From the IMG/VR virus record IMGVR_UViG_3300020201_000024, positions 1-55,237 of that record: 55,237 bases of DNA; one strand, 5' to 3'. This stretch comes from a virus. Taxonomy: Duplodnaviria; Caudoviricetes. A program made the position numbers and the translations under genes. Shown here one piece after another: positions 18,535 to 27,057 of this stretch. Below the pieces are notes generated by a model that was not told where the DNA came from, searched no databases, and worked only from the letters and a program-made list of their open reading frames with translations. Position 1 is the first letter of the stretch, and each line of letters starts with the position of its first letter.

Positions 18535-20042
18535 TGTCCATATTGATTACAAACAGAGCGGGTGGCGGCGGTGGCGGAGTCGTGGTTAAATCATTTACCA
18601 TTGCCAACAATCAGGTTGCGCCTGCCGATGTTACTGGCTTCTCAGTAGATCCCCTGTTGGCTAACGGCTTTATCTCAGAAATGTCAATAGTTAGACGCAC
18701 TGATACCGTGGTGACCGGAAGCGTTAACGCGCCTTACGTGGCTAATCTGCCCTCTTTAAATGGGGCTGTAGTTGGGTCCGCTAGTTCGGGAAGCGGAACT
18801 GTTATCGTCGGTGATTTTTCTCAAGTCAACGCTGTTGCTCGCGCCAGAATAACAAAATTAAACGCCAACGGCACAGAAGATGCAGTTTTTGCCGCTAACG
18901 TAGGTATCGGATTTAACAGTGCGGCGATTGCGGTAGCAAGCTACTCAGACGGTAGCGTTCTTGTGGGCGGGGCGTTTAGTCATCTTAACGGCGTCCTCAT
19001 TAATCCTGGCAGGATTGTCAAGCTTAGTTCAGCCGGCGTGTTAGATGCTCCTTTTAATACAAATTTAGGTGGCGGCCCTAACGGCGCTGTACAAACCTTA
19101 GCAATTCAAACGGACGGTAAAGCCCTTATCGGAGGGGATTTTACTTCTTGGAACGCTAACCCTATTAATAGACTTGTTCGCATAAACGCAGACGGTACCG
19201 AAGACACCGCTTTTACCACCAATCTGGGAACCGGGTTTAACGGTAGAGTGCGCAGCGTGGTTGTAAACTCATCAGGGTCTATCCTTGTAGCAGGTCAGTT
19301 TACCAGCTTTAACGGAAACGCCCGAGATTATTTTGTTCAATTAAACGCAGATGGTACAGAAAACGCAACCTTCTACTCTACAGCAATTGCGTCCGGCGGA
19401 TTTACTGGGGGCACCTTATATGAAGCCTTTTACCAGGCGGACGGTAAGGTCTTGCTTGGGGGAGATTTTACTGGTTTTGCGGGGGTAACCAACTACGGGG
19501 TAGTGCGGCTCTCCGCCACAGGCGTCCCCGATACGGCTTTTAACTCTAATACTGTTGCTGGGTTTGCAGCACAATATTCTATACTAGCTATTGGGCAAAG
19601 CCCGCAAGGCAAAATTGTAGTCGGAGGAGACTTTACCGTCTATGACGGTAACTCTAACTTAGTGGGCGTGGCTCAGTTAAACCTAGACGGCACTACAGAT
19701 GCTACTTTTACCGCAAACTTTGTCGCGCCAAGTCCTACTTATTTGGGTGCAAGTTTTAATTACAACGCTAACGGACTTTACATTGGTAGCTATGACGGTA
19801 CGGGCGCTGCGTTTTTCAGTCGTTTAGGGGAGGGTTTGGTTGAGCTTAGTACGCAACAAACCCTTAGAGGTGTCTACAACTCACTTTCAGGGGTTTGGAG
19901 TGTAGGGGCTATTGTTTCTATTGGAGACGCGGTAGGAGTGAGCTTCTCGATGACTCCTGCCGGTCAACTTCAGTATACGTCAACCAACATTGCGGGCACA
20001 GTTCTTGCGAGCATTATGAGGTTTGTAGTTCAAGCCCTTTAG
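18534..20042 (+). CDS. Delta-60-like repeat beta-propeller protein, probable receptor-binding protein
   Basis: Repeated Q.DGK.L.GGDFT......RL..DGT.D..F units. Confidence 0.75.
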   Translation: MSILITNRAGGGGGGVVVKSFTIANNQVAPADVTGFSVDPLLANGFISEMSIVRRTDTVVTGSVNAPYVANLPSLNGAVVGSASSGSGTVIVGDFSQVNAVARARITKLNANGTEDAVFAANVGIGFNSAAIAVASYSDGSVLVGGAFSHLNGVLINPGRIVKLSSAGVLDAPFNTNLGGGPNGAVQTLAIQTDGKALIGGDFTSWNANPINRLVRINADGTEDTAFTTNLGTGFNGRVRSVVVNSSGSILVAGQFTSFNGNARDYFVQLNADGTENATFYSTAIASGGFTGGTLYEAFYQADGKVLLGGDFTGFAGVTNYGVVRLSATGVPDTAFNSNTVAGFAAQYSILAIGQSPQGKIVVGGDFTVYDGNSNLVGVAQLNLDGTTDATFTANFVAPSPTYLGASFNYNANGLYIGSYDGTGAAFFSRLGEGLVELSTQQTLRGVYNSLSGVWSVGAIVSIGDAVGVSFSMTPAGQLQYTSTNIAGTVLASIMRFVVQAL

Positions 20043-20058
20043 CTTAAATTAAAAATAT

Positions 20059-20640
20059 ATGTCAAAACCTTCTGTTCATATTAACGATTCTCTAGTCTTT
20101 AGGCCGCTTGCTTCTGCTCCCGCTAACCCGGAAGAGGGCGAAATTTACTATGATAGTACCTTAGTCGCTTTGCGTCAGTACGTAGCCGGTGTTTGGTCTA
20201 CACTTGGCCGCTCTGCGAATTCATCCTATGTTTTCAACGGCTCTACAGACCTTGGCCCAACGGTTGCAAATAATGTACGGCAAACCGTACCTTTTGGCGG
20301 AACCTCTCCGGGTACTTTTACTAATATGGGCTGGTACAACGGCACAACGGGCGTTTTAACAGCCGCGCGTGCGTGTCGTATGCTAATCAGCGCAAGCATT
20401 CTTTGGAACCCCAATTCAGCCGGATCAAGGGCGCTAGTTCTCACTAAAAACGGCACGGACATTTTTATTGATTTTAAAGGGGCCGAGCCTAGTTTAGAAA
20501 CTCAAAATAAATTTTGCCAGCTAGTTGACGCTCAAGCCGGGGACTATTTTGAGTTGCAAATCCAACAAAACAGCGGCTCGACTCTAGGATTGTACTTGGG
20601 CGCCCTCCTTAATCATCTTTCTATCTTTGAAATCCCATAA
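20059..20640 (+). CDS. Tail-tip protein with C1q/TNF-like beta-sandwich
   Basis: P.NPEEGEIYYDST N-terminus; Y...TG..TA and AGDYFEL...QNSG C1q-like pattern. Confidence 0.55.
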   Translation: MSKPSVHINDSLVFRPLASAPANPEEGEIYYDSTLVALRQYVAGVWSTLGRSANSSYVFNGSTDLGPTVANNVRQTVPFGGTSPGTFTNMGWYNGTTGVLTAARACRMLISASILWNPNSAGSRALVLTKNGTDIFIDFKGAEPSLETQNKFCQLVDAQAGDYFELQIQQNSGSTLGLYLGALLNHLSIFEIP

Positions 20641-20712
20641 TGACGATTAACCAAGGTGGCGGCTCTAGTTTTAATTTTTGTAGAAGAATTTTACTCTTAA
20701 AAGGATAATAAT

Positions 20713-20844
20713 ATGAATAACTTACAAGCTAGCGTTTCAAGCGGACTCAGTGTAGATACCTGGAAAGTTGGACCTTCTTCTTTGGATATTGATAACCAGC
20801 TTAACACCGTGAAAACAATCATGGTTGTACGGCAAGGGGCGTAA
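20713..20844 (+). CDS. Small hypothetical protein (43 aa)
   Basis: AAGGA upstream; fills the gap and stops 1 nt before the next start. Confidence 0.4.
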   Translation: MNNLQASVSSGLSVDTWKVGPSSLDIDNQLNTVKTIMVVRQGA

Positions 20845-20845
20845 C

Positions 20846-21214
20846 GTGGCTTATAACTTGCTTAGACCTGTGGCCCTCTTCTCCAGCCTCTCTATGGCCA
20901 CTAGCCAGACGAGCAGGGCGGTTGAGATTAAGAATCAGGATAATATTGGCCTTCAGGTTACGTGGGCAGGCGCCCCTACCGGGGCGTTTAGTGTCCAGAT
21001 TTCAAGTGATCACATAGAAGACATTGAAGGCAACATTCAAGTAGCAGGTCATTGGGTTACTTTGCCTCTCTCTCCCGCCGTCACTGCGTCCGGTACCCCC
21101 GATGACGCTTACATTGACCTTAATCAAATGTCGGCTCAATATGTCCGTTTAGTGTATACCGCGGCGTCTGGGGCGGGCACTATGACGGCACTGGCAGTCG
21201 GTAAGGGAGTCTAA
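20846..21214 (+). CDS. Tail fibre adaptor-like protein B (paralog of 16970-17353)
   Basis: DDAYIDLNQMSAQYVRLVYTAASGAGT; GTG start after AAGGGG. Confidence 0.6.
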   Translation: MAYNLLRPVALFSSLSMATSQTSRAVEIKNQDNIGLQVTWAGAPTGAFSVQISSDHIEDIEGNIQVAGHWVTLPLSPAVTASGTPDDAYIDLNQMSAQYVRLVYTAASGAGTMTALAVGKGV

Positions 21215-21215
21215 A

Positions 21216-23438
21216 ATGAGTCAATATAGCCTATACCCTCCAAAAACAGGCGGCGGCGGAGCGGGAACCTGGAAAACTCCCGTAGCTACGGCGGCGGCTT
21301 TGCCTGTAGTGGGCAATGTTATAGGCGACGCTCGCGCGGCGGCGGACACGGGCGTTATTTACGTTTGGACGGGGGCTAGTTGGGATACGGCGGTGGCGGG
21401 CGTAGGTACTGTTACCTCTGTAGGCTTGTCTGCTCCAGGATCAATCTTTAGCGTCTCTGGCAGCCCCGTAACGGGCGCAGGTACCCTAGCCCTTGCCTTA
21501 ACTACCCAGGCCGCAGGTACTTTCCTATCCGGCCCTGTATCGGGAGGACCTTCCGCGCCTACGTTTAGGGCATTGACTGGCGCCGACCTTGCAGTTGGGA
21601 CACCCAACACCGTTGCTGGGTTCGGAGGAGGCGGCGAGTTAGAATCTATCCCTAACTGGGGGGTAAATACGGTTAGCGGTGGATTAGATCAACAGCTTAC
21701 CGAGCAGCCTAACGATTTCAATACCGGGTATAACGTAAATAACTTACAAGTAAACTTTGACCCTCTTAAAAACTCCCCCAATGACTCTTGGACCTTAAGC
21801 AATGTTTATGCCAACTTCGATGTTAATAGTTCAGGGTTTACGCTTGGCACCAACACCAACGCCGCTATTTTAAGGAACAACTATTTACAGCACTTGGGGA
21901 CGGGCAGCGTTGGCGGGTTAATTTTTAACAGGAACAGTGCTAACCTTGGCAACGGTGTAGACCCAATTTCAGTTAGAGGTTTGTTTTACAGTGCAGGGTT
22001 TGGTAATGTCAATAGCGGCGTCACTATGACTCAGGCGCTCCAGGGCTATAATTTACAGGTACGTTTTAATCCCGGCTCGGTCATGCAGGGAAACGTCTTG
22101 GCCTATGGCGACTTTTGTAACTTTGAGGTAGCTGTTCCTGGATACCAAAGTTTTGTGGCGGCGCCTCAAATAGCGGAAATCTCTAACAATTCCAACTATT
22201 TAGGCGTTAATATTGCGCCTACTATTACCACGTTTACGGGTAATGCTGGGTTTACGGGGGTTAACATTAGCCCCCAACTGGGTACTCTTGATACTGGAAG
22301 CTTTCAAGGCATTACAGTTAACCCTACGATTGCGTTAAATAAAACTCAAGCTTTGGGGCTCAATGTTACCATGGCGGGGGTAACAAATTACGTTGGGGTT
22401 AAATCCTCTCTTGTAGTTCAGGATTTAACGTATCAATTCAACGCCTTCCAAGACAACGACTACTACACCCTTGAGTACGCCAATGACGGCGTTGCGGGAG
22501 CGGAAACATTTACAGTTGGCGGCAGCAGCATTGTGGGTCACATACAAAGCGGAGTGTCTACCGCAACGCAAATCAGGGCTGCCGCCATTCTAAACGTCAA
22601 TATATCCGGCGCGATTACTGTTACAATATCTGGTACGGGCAGCACCGCGCAAGTTACGGCTGCCCCTGTTAACTTTACAGGAGGAGAGGACCCCGGAACC
22701 GCCAAGGCGGCTCAGTTTGAAGGCGATGTTCAGATTAACGGCGCCCTCAGCTTTACTGGGGCGCTATCTATTGGTGCGCTAACCTCGTTTGCCCCCTACA
22801 CGGTAATGAGCGGTACCGGGTTCACCTCGATTGATTCGCTTATCACACAGCCAAATGTTCCAGCTAACGCCGTAATCACGGGTACGGACCTTCTGGCTAT
22901 CAACACCGCCATGTTGCTCAACATTGGAGATAATGCCTCTGTTACCTCTAACTTCCTAGGCTTTGCCGCTTTGGGAATGCCTACCGTGCTCAGTATGGGC
23001 ATAGGGTCTACCATTGACCTGGTAGCGGGCGCGATCTTTGCTGTTAGCTTAGATGGATCGGCAACGGGAGGAATTGCGGATAGACTTGAACTGTGCCGGA
23101 CGCTCGCTATCCCAAACGGGGTTACAGTTGTAAACAACCTAGTGGGATATCAGTTTGATTTACCTTTTGGAGACCCGGGAACCTTTACTTGGGGTTTCTA
23201 CTCTAGTCCCGTTACTGCCCACAACTTCCTAGCGGGGGACCTAAAGGTGGGCGGCGTGGACTTACCGTCTAACTCTAGCGTGGGGATTGAACTAGAGTCT
23301 ACGACTAAAGCAGTACGCTTTTCTAACATGACTACAACTCAAAAGCTGGCCCTTACGGCACTCCCGGGCATGCAGGTATTTGACACTACTTTGACTCAGA
23401 TGAGCTACTACAACGGAACTACTTGGATTAACTTTTAA
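21216..23438 (+). CDS. Tail fibre/spike protein
   Basis: 740 aa, G/T/N-rich; GTVTSVGL and MTTTQKLAL...PGMQVFDTT...YYNGTTW fibre-type motifs. Confidence 0.7.
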   Translation: MSQYSLYPPKTGGGGAGTWKTPVATAAALPVVGNVIGDARAAADTGVIYVWTGASWDTAVAGVGTVTSVGLSAPGSIFSVSGSPVTGAGTLALALTTQAAGTFLSGPVSGGPSAPTFRALTGADLAVGTPNTVAGFGGGGELESIPNWGVNTVSGGLDQQLTEQPNDFNTGYNVNNLQVNFDPLKNSPNDSWTLSNVYANFDVNSSGFTLGTNTNAAILRNNYLQHLGTGSVGGLIFNRNSANLGNGVDPISVRGLFYSAGFGNVNSGVTMTQALQGYNLQVRFNPGSVMQGNVLAYGDFCNFEVAVPGYQSFVAAPQIAEISNNSNYLGVNIAPTITTFTGNAGFTGVNISPQLGTLDTGSFQGITVNPTIALNKTQALGLNVTMAGVTNYVGVKSSLVVQDLTYQFNAFQDNDYYTLEYANDGVAGAETFTVGGSSIVGHIQSGVSTATQIRAAAILNVNISGAITVTISGTGSTAQVTAAPVNFTGGEDPGTAKAAQFEGDVQINGALSFTGALSIGALTSFAPYTVMSGTGFTSIDSLITQPNVPANAVITGTDLLAINTAMLLNIGDNASVTSNFLGFAALGMPTVLSMGIGSTIDLVAGAIFAVSLDGSATGGIADRLELCRTLAIPNGVTVVNNLVGYQFDLPFGDPGTFTWGFYSSPVTAHNFLAGDLKVGGVDLPSNSSVGIELESTTKAVRFSNMTTTQKLALTALPGMQVFDTTLTQMSYYNGTTWINF

Positions 23439-23447
23439 AGAGGTTTT

Positions 23448-23573
23448 ATGACACTAGAGGAAGCGAAAGCGCATTTGGAAGCTGTGAAACTAGACCCTAA
23501 AAAGGGTGTAGAAGACAAAGATAAGACTATTAAAGCCTTACAACTTGTAAGCGGCGCATGGGCGAAAATATGA
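23448..23573 (+). CDS. Small hypothetical protein (41 aa)
   Basis: GAGG SD; ATGA overlap with the holin start. Confidence 0.5.
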   Translation: MTLEEAKAHLEAVKLDPKKGVEDKDKTIKALQLVSGAWAKI

Positions 23574-23956
23574 GCGCTATTAAAGGCTTAGGGATTGGTA
23601 TTGTGACAATTTTTGCCCCTATCCAAGCGGCTTTGATTGTAGCTTTGTGTCTGGTTGTGGCGGACTTGATCACGGGGGTGATTGCAGCTAAAAAGCAAAA
23701 AGAAGCAATTACTTCTAGCGGAATTAAACGAACTGTGGGTAAAATAGTACTGTATGAGCTTGCTATTTGTCTTGCTTTTCTTTGCCAGCAATATCTCACG
23801 GGGGATCTATTCCCCGCTTCTAAGCTAGTGACGGCTTTGGTAGGACTTACCGAGCTTACTAGTATTTTGGAAAACCTAAACGCTATTCACGGTGCCCCCG
23901 TGTTTAAGATTATACTCGATAAGATCACTAAATCTAAGGAAAATCTAGAAAAATAA
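23570..23956 (+). CDS. Holin (phage holin 4-like family)
   Basis: Hydrophobic helices; DLITG.IAA...ITS.G....K and ELTSILENL motifs. Confidence 0.85.
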   Translation: MSAIKGLGIGIVTIFAPIQAALIVALCLVVADLITGVIAAKKQKEAITSSGIKRTVGKIVLYELAICLAFLCQQYLTGDLFPASKLVTALVGLTELTSILENLNAIHGAPVFKIILDKITKSKENLEK

Positions 23957-23974
23957 GTTTGTAGGGTAAAATTA

Positions 23975-24595
23975 ATGTTAAAAATTGTGTTATTTTTGTA
24001 TGTTTTTCTCTTTTCCTTCAATTCTTTTGCGTTGCAAGTAAAAGCCAAAAAAATTAACTTAGAGCTACGAACGATTAAAATCGCGCATATTCAAGGAAAA
24101 ATAGACGACATCTCCGCTACCTTATTTGAAACAGAAGTGATTCACACTGCGAATGTTCCGGGGCCGCGCCTTGTAGTGATTAACTCCCCTGGTGGGCATG
24201 TTGATTCGGGAGAGCGTATGATTAGGGTTATGAAAGCCGAACAATCTCGCGGTGTTAAATACGTGTGTGTGATTGTAGGCGACGGCGCTAGTATGGCGTT
24301 TAACTTTTTTACTCTTTGCGATGTTAGGCTTGCAGTAAAAACCGCTCATTTTCTATTTCACAAAATAGCCCTTGCAAAAGAAGGCATCCCGTCCCATGTA
24401 AGGCTAACGGCGCAAACATTGAGGCGGGTTGCTGATATGCTGGACGCAGAGGACGAAAAATACCGGATTGGTAACGCTTTTGCCTTGAGTCTGTCTCTTA
24501 GCGTGTATGATAATCTGGCGGCGGCAGATATCGAATGGAACACTTCTGAGTTGTTAAACAACGGTTACCTGCACGGCGTAGCAACTCTTGACTAA
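23975..24595 (+). CDS. ClpP/crotonase-fold serine protease-like protein with signal peptide
   Basis: IQGKID, INSPGG.V, GASMA (catalytic Ser), FLFH (His); N-terminal hydrophobic segment ending SFA. Confidence 0.7.
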   Translation: MLKIVLFLYVFLFSFNSFALQVKAKKINLELRTIKIAHIQGKIDDISATLFETEVIHTANVPGPRLVVINSPGGHVDSGERMIRVMKAEQSRGVKYVCVIVGDGASMAFNFFTLCDVRLAVKTAHFLFHKIALAKEGIPSHVRLTAQTLRRVADMLDAEDEKYRIGNAFALSLSLSVYDNLAAADIEWNTSELLNNGYLHGVATLD

Positions 24596-25029
24596 TGCGT
24601 AAAATTAACATTGCTGGAGTTGCCCTAATTAAAGAGTTTGAAGGGTGCAAGCTAGAGGCGTATAAATGCCCCGCCGGTGTGTGGACTATAGGGTATGGGC
24701 ATACGGGGGCAGAGGTTGTAAAAGGATGTAAAATTGACCTCGACACCGCTGGCGAGATTTTAGATAAAGATTTGACCAACTTTTCCGTGGGTGTAGATAA
24801 ACTAGTCACTAACAAAACTATTACTTCTAATGAATTTTCCGCTATGTGTTCGTTTGCTTTTAACGTAGGTCTAGGCAATTTTAAAGCTTCCACACTGCTT
24901 CGGTGTGTCAATAAGTTTAACACTGAGGGGGGGGCGGGGGAGTTTATGCGTTGGAATTTAGTTCGGGGTATTATCTCTCCTGGCCTGGTTAGACGCCGCG
25001 AAGCTGAACGCGCTTTATTTGTGTCTTAG
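24595..25029 (+). CDS. Endolysin, GH24 lysozyme
   Basis: LIKEFEG..L.AYKCPAGVWTIGYGHT; FAFNVG; GLVRRREAE. Confidence 0.95.
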   Translation: MRKINIAGVALIKEFEGCKLEAYKCPAGVWTIGYGHTGAEVVKGCKIDLDTAGEILDKDLTNFSVGVDKLVTNKTITSNEFSAMCSFAFNVGLGNFKASTLLRCVNKFNTEGGAGEFMRWNLVRGIISPGLVRRREAERALFVS

Positions 25030-25180
25030 TGGCGGCAGCCGCATCGAGTTAATGCGCCTTCGCAGCGAGTAAGGCCGCTTAGATATACTCTTTCCAGGTA
25101 TTCGTAATGGGCGGCAACACCCCCTAACGTGTGTCCAATCCATAAAGTCTCTGATAATAGGAGTAAAAGAAGTACCAGTC

Positions 25181-25660
25181 TCACTCCTGCTCTTTGCCTG
25201 AGATATCGCCGGACACGCGGGCGTGGCCGGACACTTCGGCGATGCCGAACACGCAGGCGTTGTCGGACACGTGGGCGTTGCCGTACACCCATGCGTAGCC
25301 GTACACACGGGCGTTGCCGTACACGCAGGCGTAGCCGTACACTTGGGCGTTGTCGGACACTTGGGCGTCGCCGCACACCCATGCGTTGTCGTACACTTCG
25401 GCGTTGCCGGACACGCAGGCGTTGCCATACACTTGGGTGTTGTCGGTCACACGGGCGTTGCCGAACACGTTGGCGTTGCCGAACACGCAGGCGTTGTCGG
25501 ACACCCATGCCTCACCCGTTACCTGGGCAGATTTACCAACAAATCCACCTTTGTCTCCAACTTTAACCCCATGGATAAAGATATCCTCAATAGCTTCAAT
25601 GCGGTAAATAGTTTCTTCGTAGGGGGTAATCCTAGTCTCGTCTGTAAATTTAAATTTCAC
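25181..25660 (-). CDS. Hexapeptide-repeat beta-helix protein, 16 units
   Basis: True start is GTG 25660, overlapping the TGA of the upstream paralog (GTGA); same head and GDISGKEQE tail. Confidence 0.88.
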   Translation of the reverse strand: MKFKFTDETRITPYEETIYRIEAIEDIFIHGVKVGDKGGFVGKSAQVTGEAWVSDNACVFGNANVFGNARVTDNTQVYGNACVSGNAEVYDNAWVCGDAQVSDNAQVYGYACVYGNARVYGYAWVYGNAHVSDNACVFGIAEVSGHARVSGDISGKEQE

Positions 25661-26520
25661 TCCTGCTCCTTGCCTGAGATATCGCCGTACACCCGTGCGT
25701 AGCCGTACACTTGGGCTTTGCCGGTCACTTGGGCGTAGACGGACACTTCGGCGTCGCCGTACACGTGGGCGTTGTCGGTTATGAGGGCGTTGCCGAACAC
25801 ACGGGCTTTGCCGTACACTTGGGCTTTGCCGGTCACTTGGGCGTAGACGGACACTTCGGCGATGCCGTACACTCGGGCGTTGCCGCGCACTTGGGCGTCG
25901 CCGAACACTCGGGCGTTGCTGCGCACTTGGGCGTTGCCGTACACGTGGGCGTTGCCGTACACTCGGGCGTCGCCGTACACGCGGGCGTTGCCGTACACTC
26001 GGGCGTCGACGAGCACTTGGGCGTTGCCGCCCACACGTGCGTTGCCGTACACCCGTGCGTTGCCGTACACTAGGGCTTTGCCGTCCACGTGGGCGTTGCC
26101 GTACACTCGGGCGTAGTCGAGCACTCGGGCTTCGCCGTACACCCGTGCGTTGTCGGACACGATGGCGTGGCCGGACACTCGGGCGTCGCCGGACACGTGG
26201 GCGTCGCCGTGCATCCACACGTTGTCGGACACGCAGGCGTTGCCATACACTTGGGTGTTGTCGGTCACACGGGCGTAGCCAAACACAAGGGCTTCGCCGT
26301 ACACCCACACGTTGTCGGACAAGTAGGCGTTGCCGTACACCCGTGCGTTGCCGGACACCCATGCATCACCCGTTACCTGCGCAGATTTACCAACAAACCC
26401 CCCTTTGTCTCCAACTCTAACTCTAACTCCCCGGCTAAAAATATCCTCAATAGCCTCAATACGGTAAATAGTTTCACCGGAGGGGGTAATCCTAGTCTCG
26501 TCTGTAAATTTAAATTTCAT
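25657..26520 (-). CDS. Hexapeptide-repeat beta-helix protein, 37 units
   Basis: Same head and tail; 287 aa. Confidence 0.9.
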   Translation of the reverse strand: MKFKFTDETRITPSGETIYRIEAIEDIFSRGVRVRVGDKGGFVGKSAQVTGDAWVSGNARVYGNAYLSDNVWVYGEALVFGYARVTDNTQVYGNACVSDNVWMHGDAHVSGDARVSGHAIVSDNARVYGEARVLDYARVYGNAHVDGKALVYGNARVYGNARVGGNAQVLVDARVYGNARVYGDARVYGNAHVYGNAQVRSNARVFGDAQVRGNARVYGIAEVSVYAQVTGKAQVYGKARVFGNALITDNAHVYGDAEVSVYAQVTGKAQVYGYARVYGDISGKEQE

Positions 26521-26523
26521 ATA

Positions 26524-27057
26524 TTACTCCTGCTCCTTGCCTGAGATATCGCCGTACACGTGGGCGTCGCCGGACACGCAGGCGTTGCCGTACACTCGGG
26601 CGACGCCGTACACTTGGGATTTGCCGGACACACGGGCGGTGCCGGACACTTGGGCGTTGCCGTACACTTGGGCGTTGTCGTACACGGGGGCGTTGTCGGT
26701 CACACGGGCGTTGCCGGACACCCACGCGTCGCCAAACACCCACGCGTCGCCGGACACAATGGCGTTGCCAAACACACGGGCGCTGCCGAACACACGGGCG
26801 TTGCCGGACACACGGGCGTTGCCAAACACACGGGCGCTGCCGGACACCCACGCGTCGCCGTACACTTGGGCGTTGTCGGACACTTGGGCGTCGCCGTACA
26901 CCCATGCATCACCAGTTACCTGAGCAGATTTACCAACAAATCCCCCTTTGTCTCCAACTTTAACCCCTTGGCTAGGGATATCTTCAATAGCTTCAATACG
27001 GTAAATAGTTTCACCGGAGGGGGTAATCCTAGTCTCGTCTGTAAATTTAAATTTCAT
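26524..27057 (-). CDS. Hexapeptide-repeat beta-helix protein, 19 units
   Basis: Same head and tail; ATGA overlap with the helicase stop. Confidence 0.9.
   Translation of the reverse strand: MKFKFTDETRITPSGETIYRIEAIEDIPSQGVKVGDKGGFVGKSAQVTGDAWVYGDAQVSDNAQVYGDAWVSGSARVFGNARVSGNARVFGSARVFGNAIVSGDAWVFGDAWVSGNARVTDNAPVYDNAQVYGNAQVSGTARVSGKSQVYGVARVYGNACVSGDAHVYGDISGKEQE

Noticed and set aside
25181-27057. CRISPR array or non-coding tandem repeat
   Set aside because: The 18-nt units are contiguous with no unique spacers, keep the reading frame and sit inside ORFs with SD and conserved ends; no cas genes were seen.
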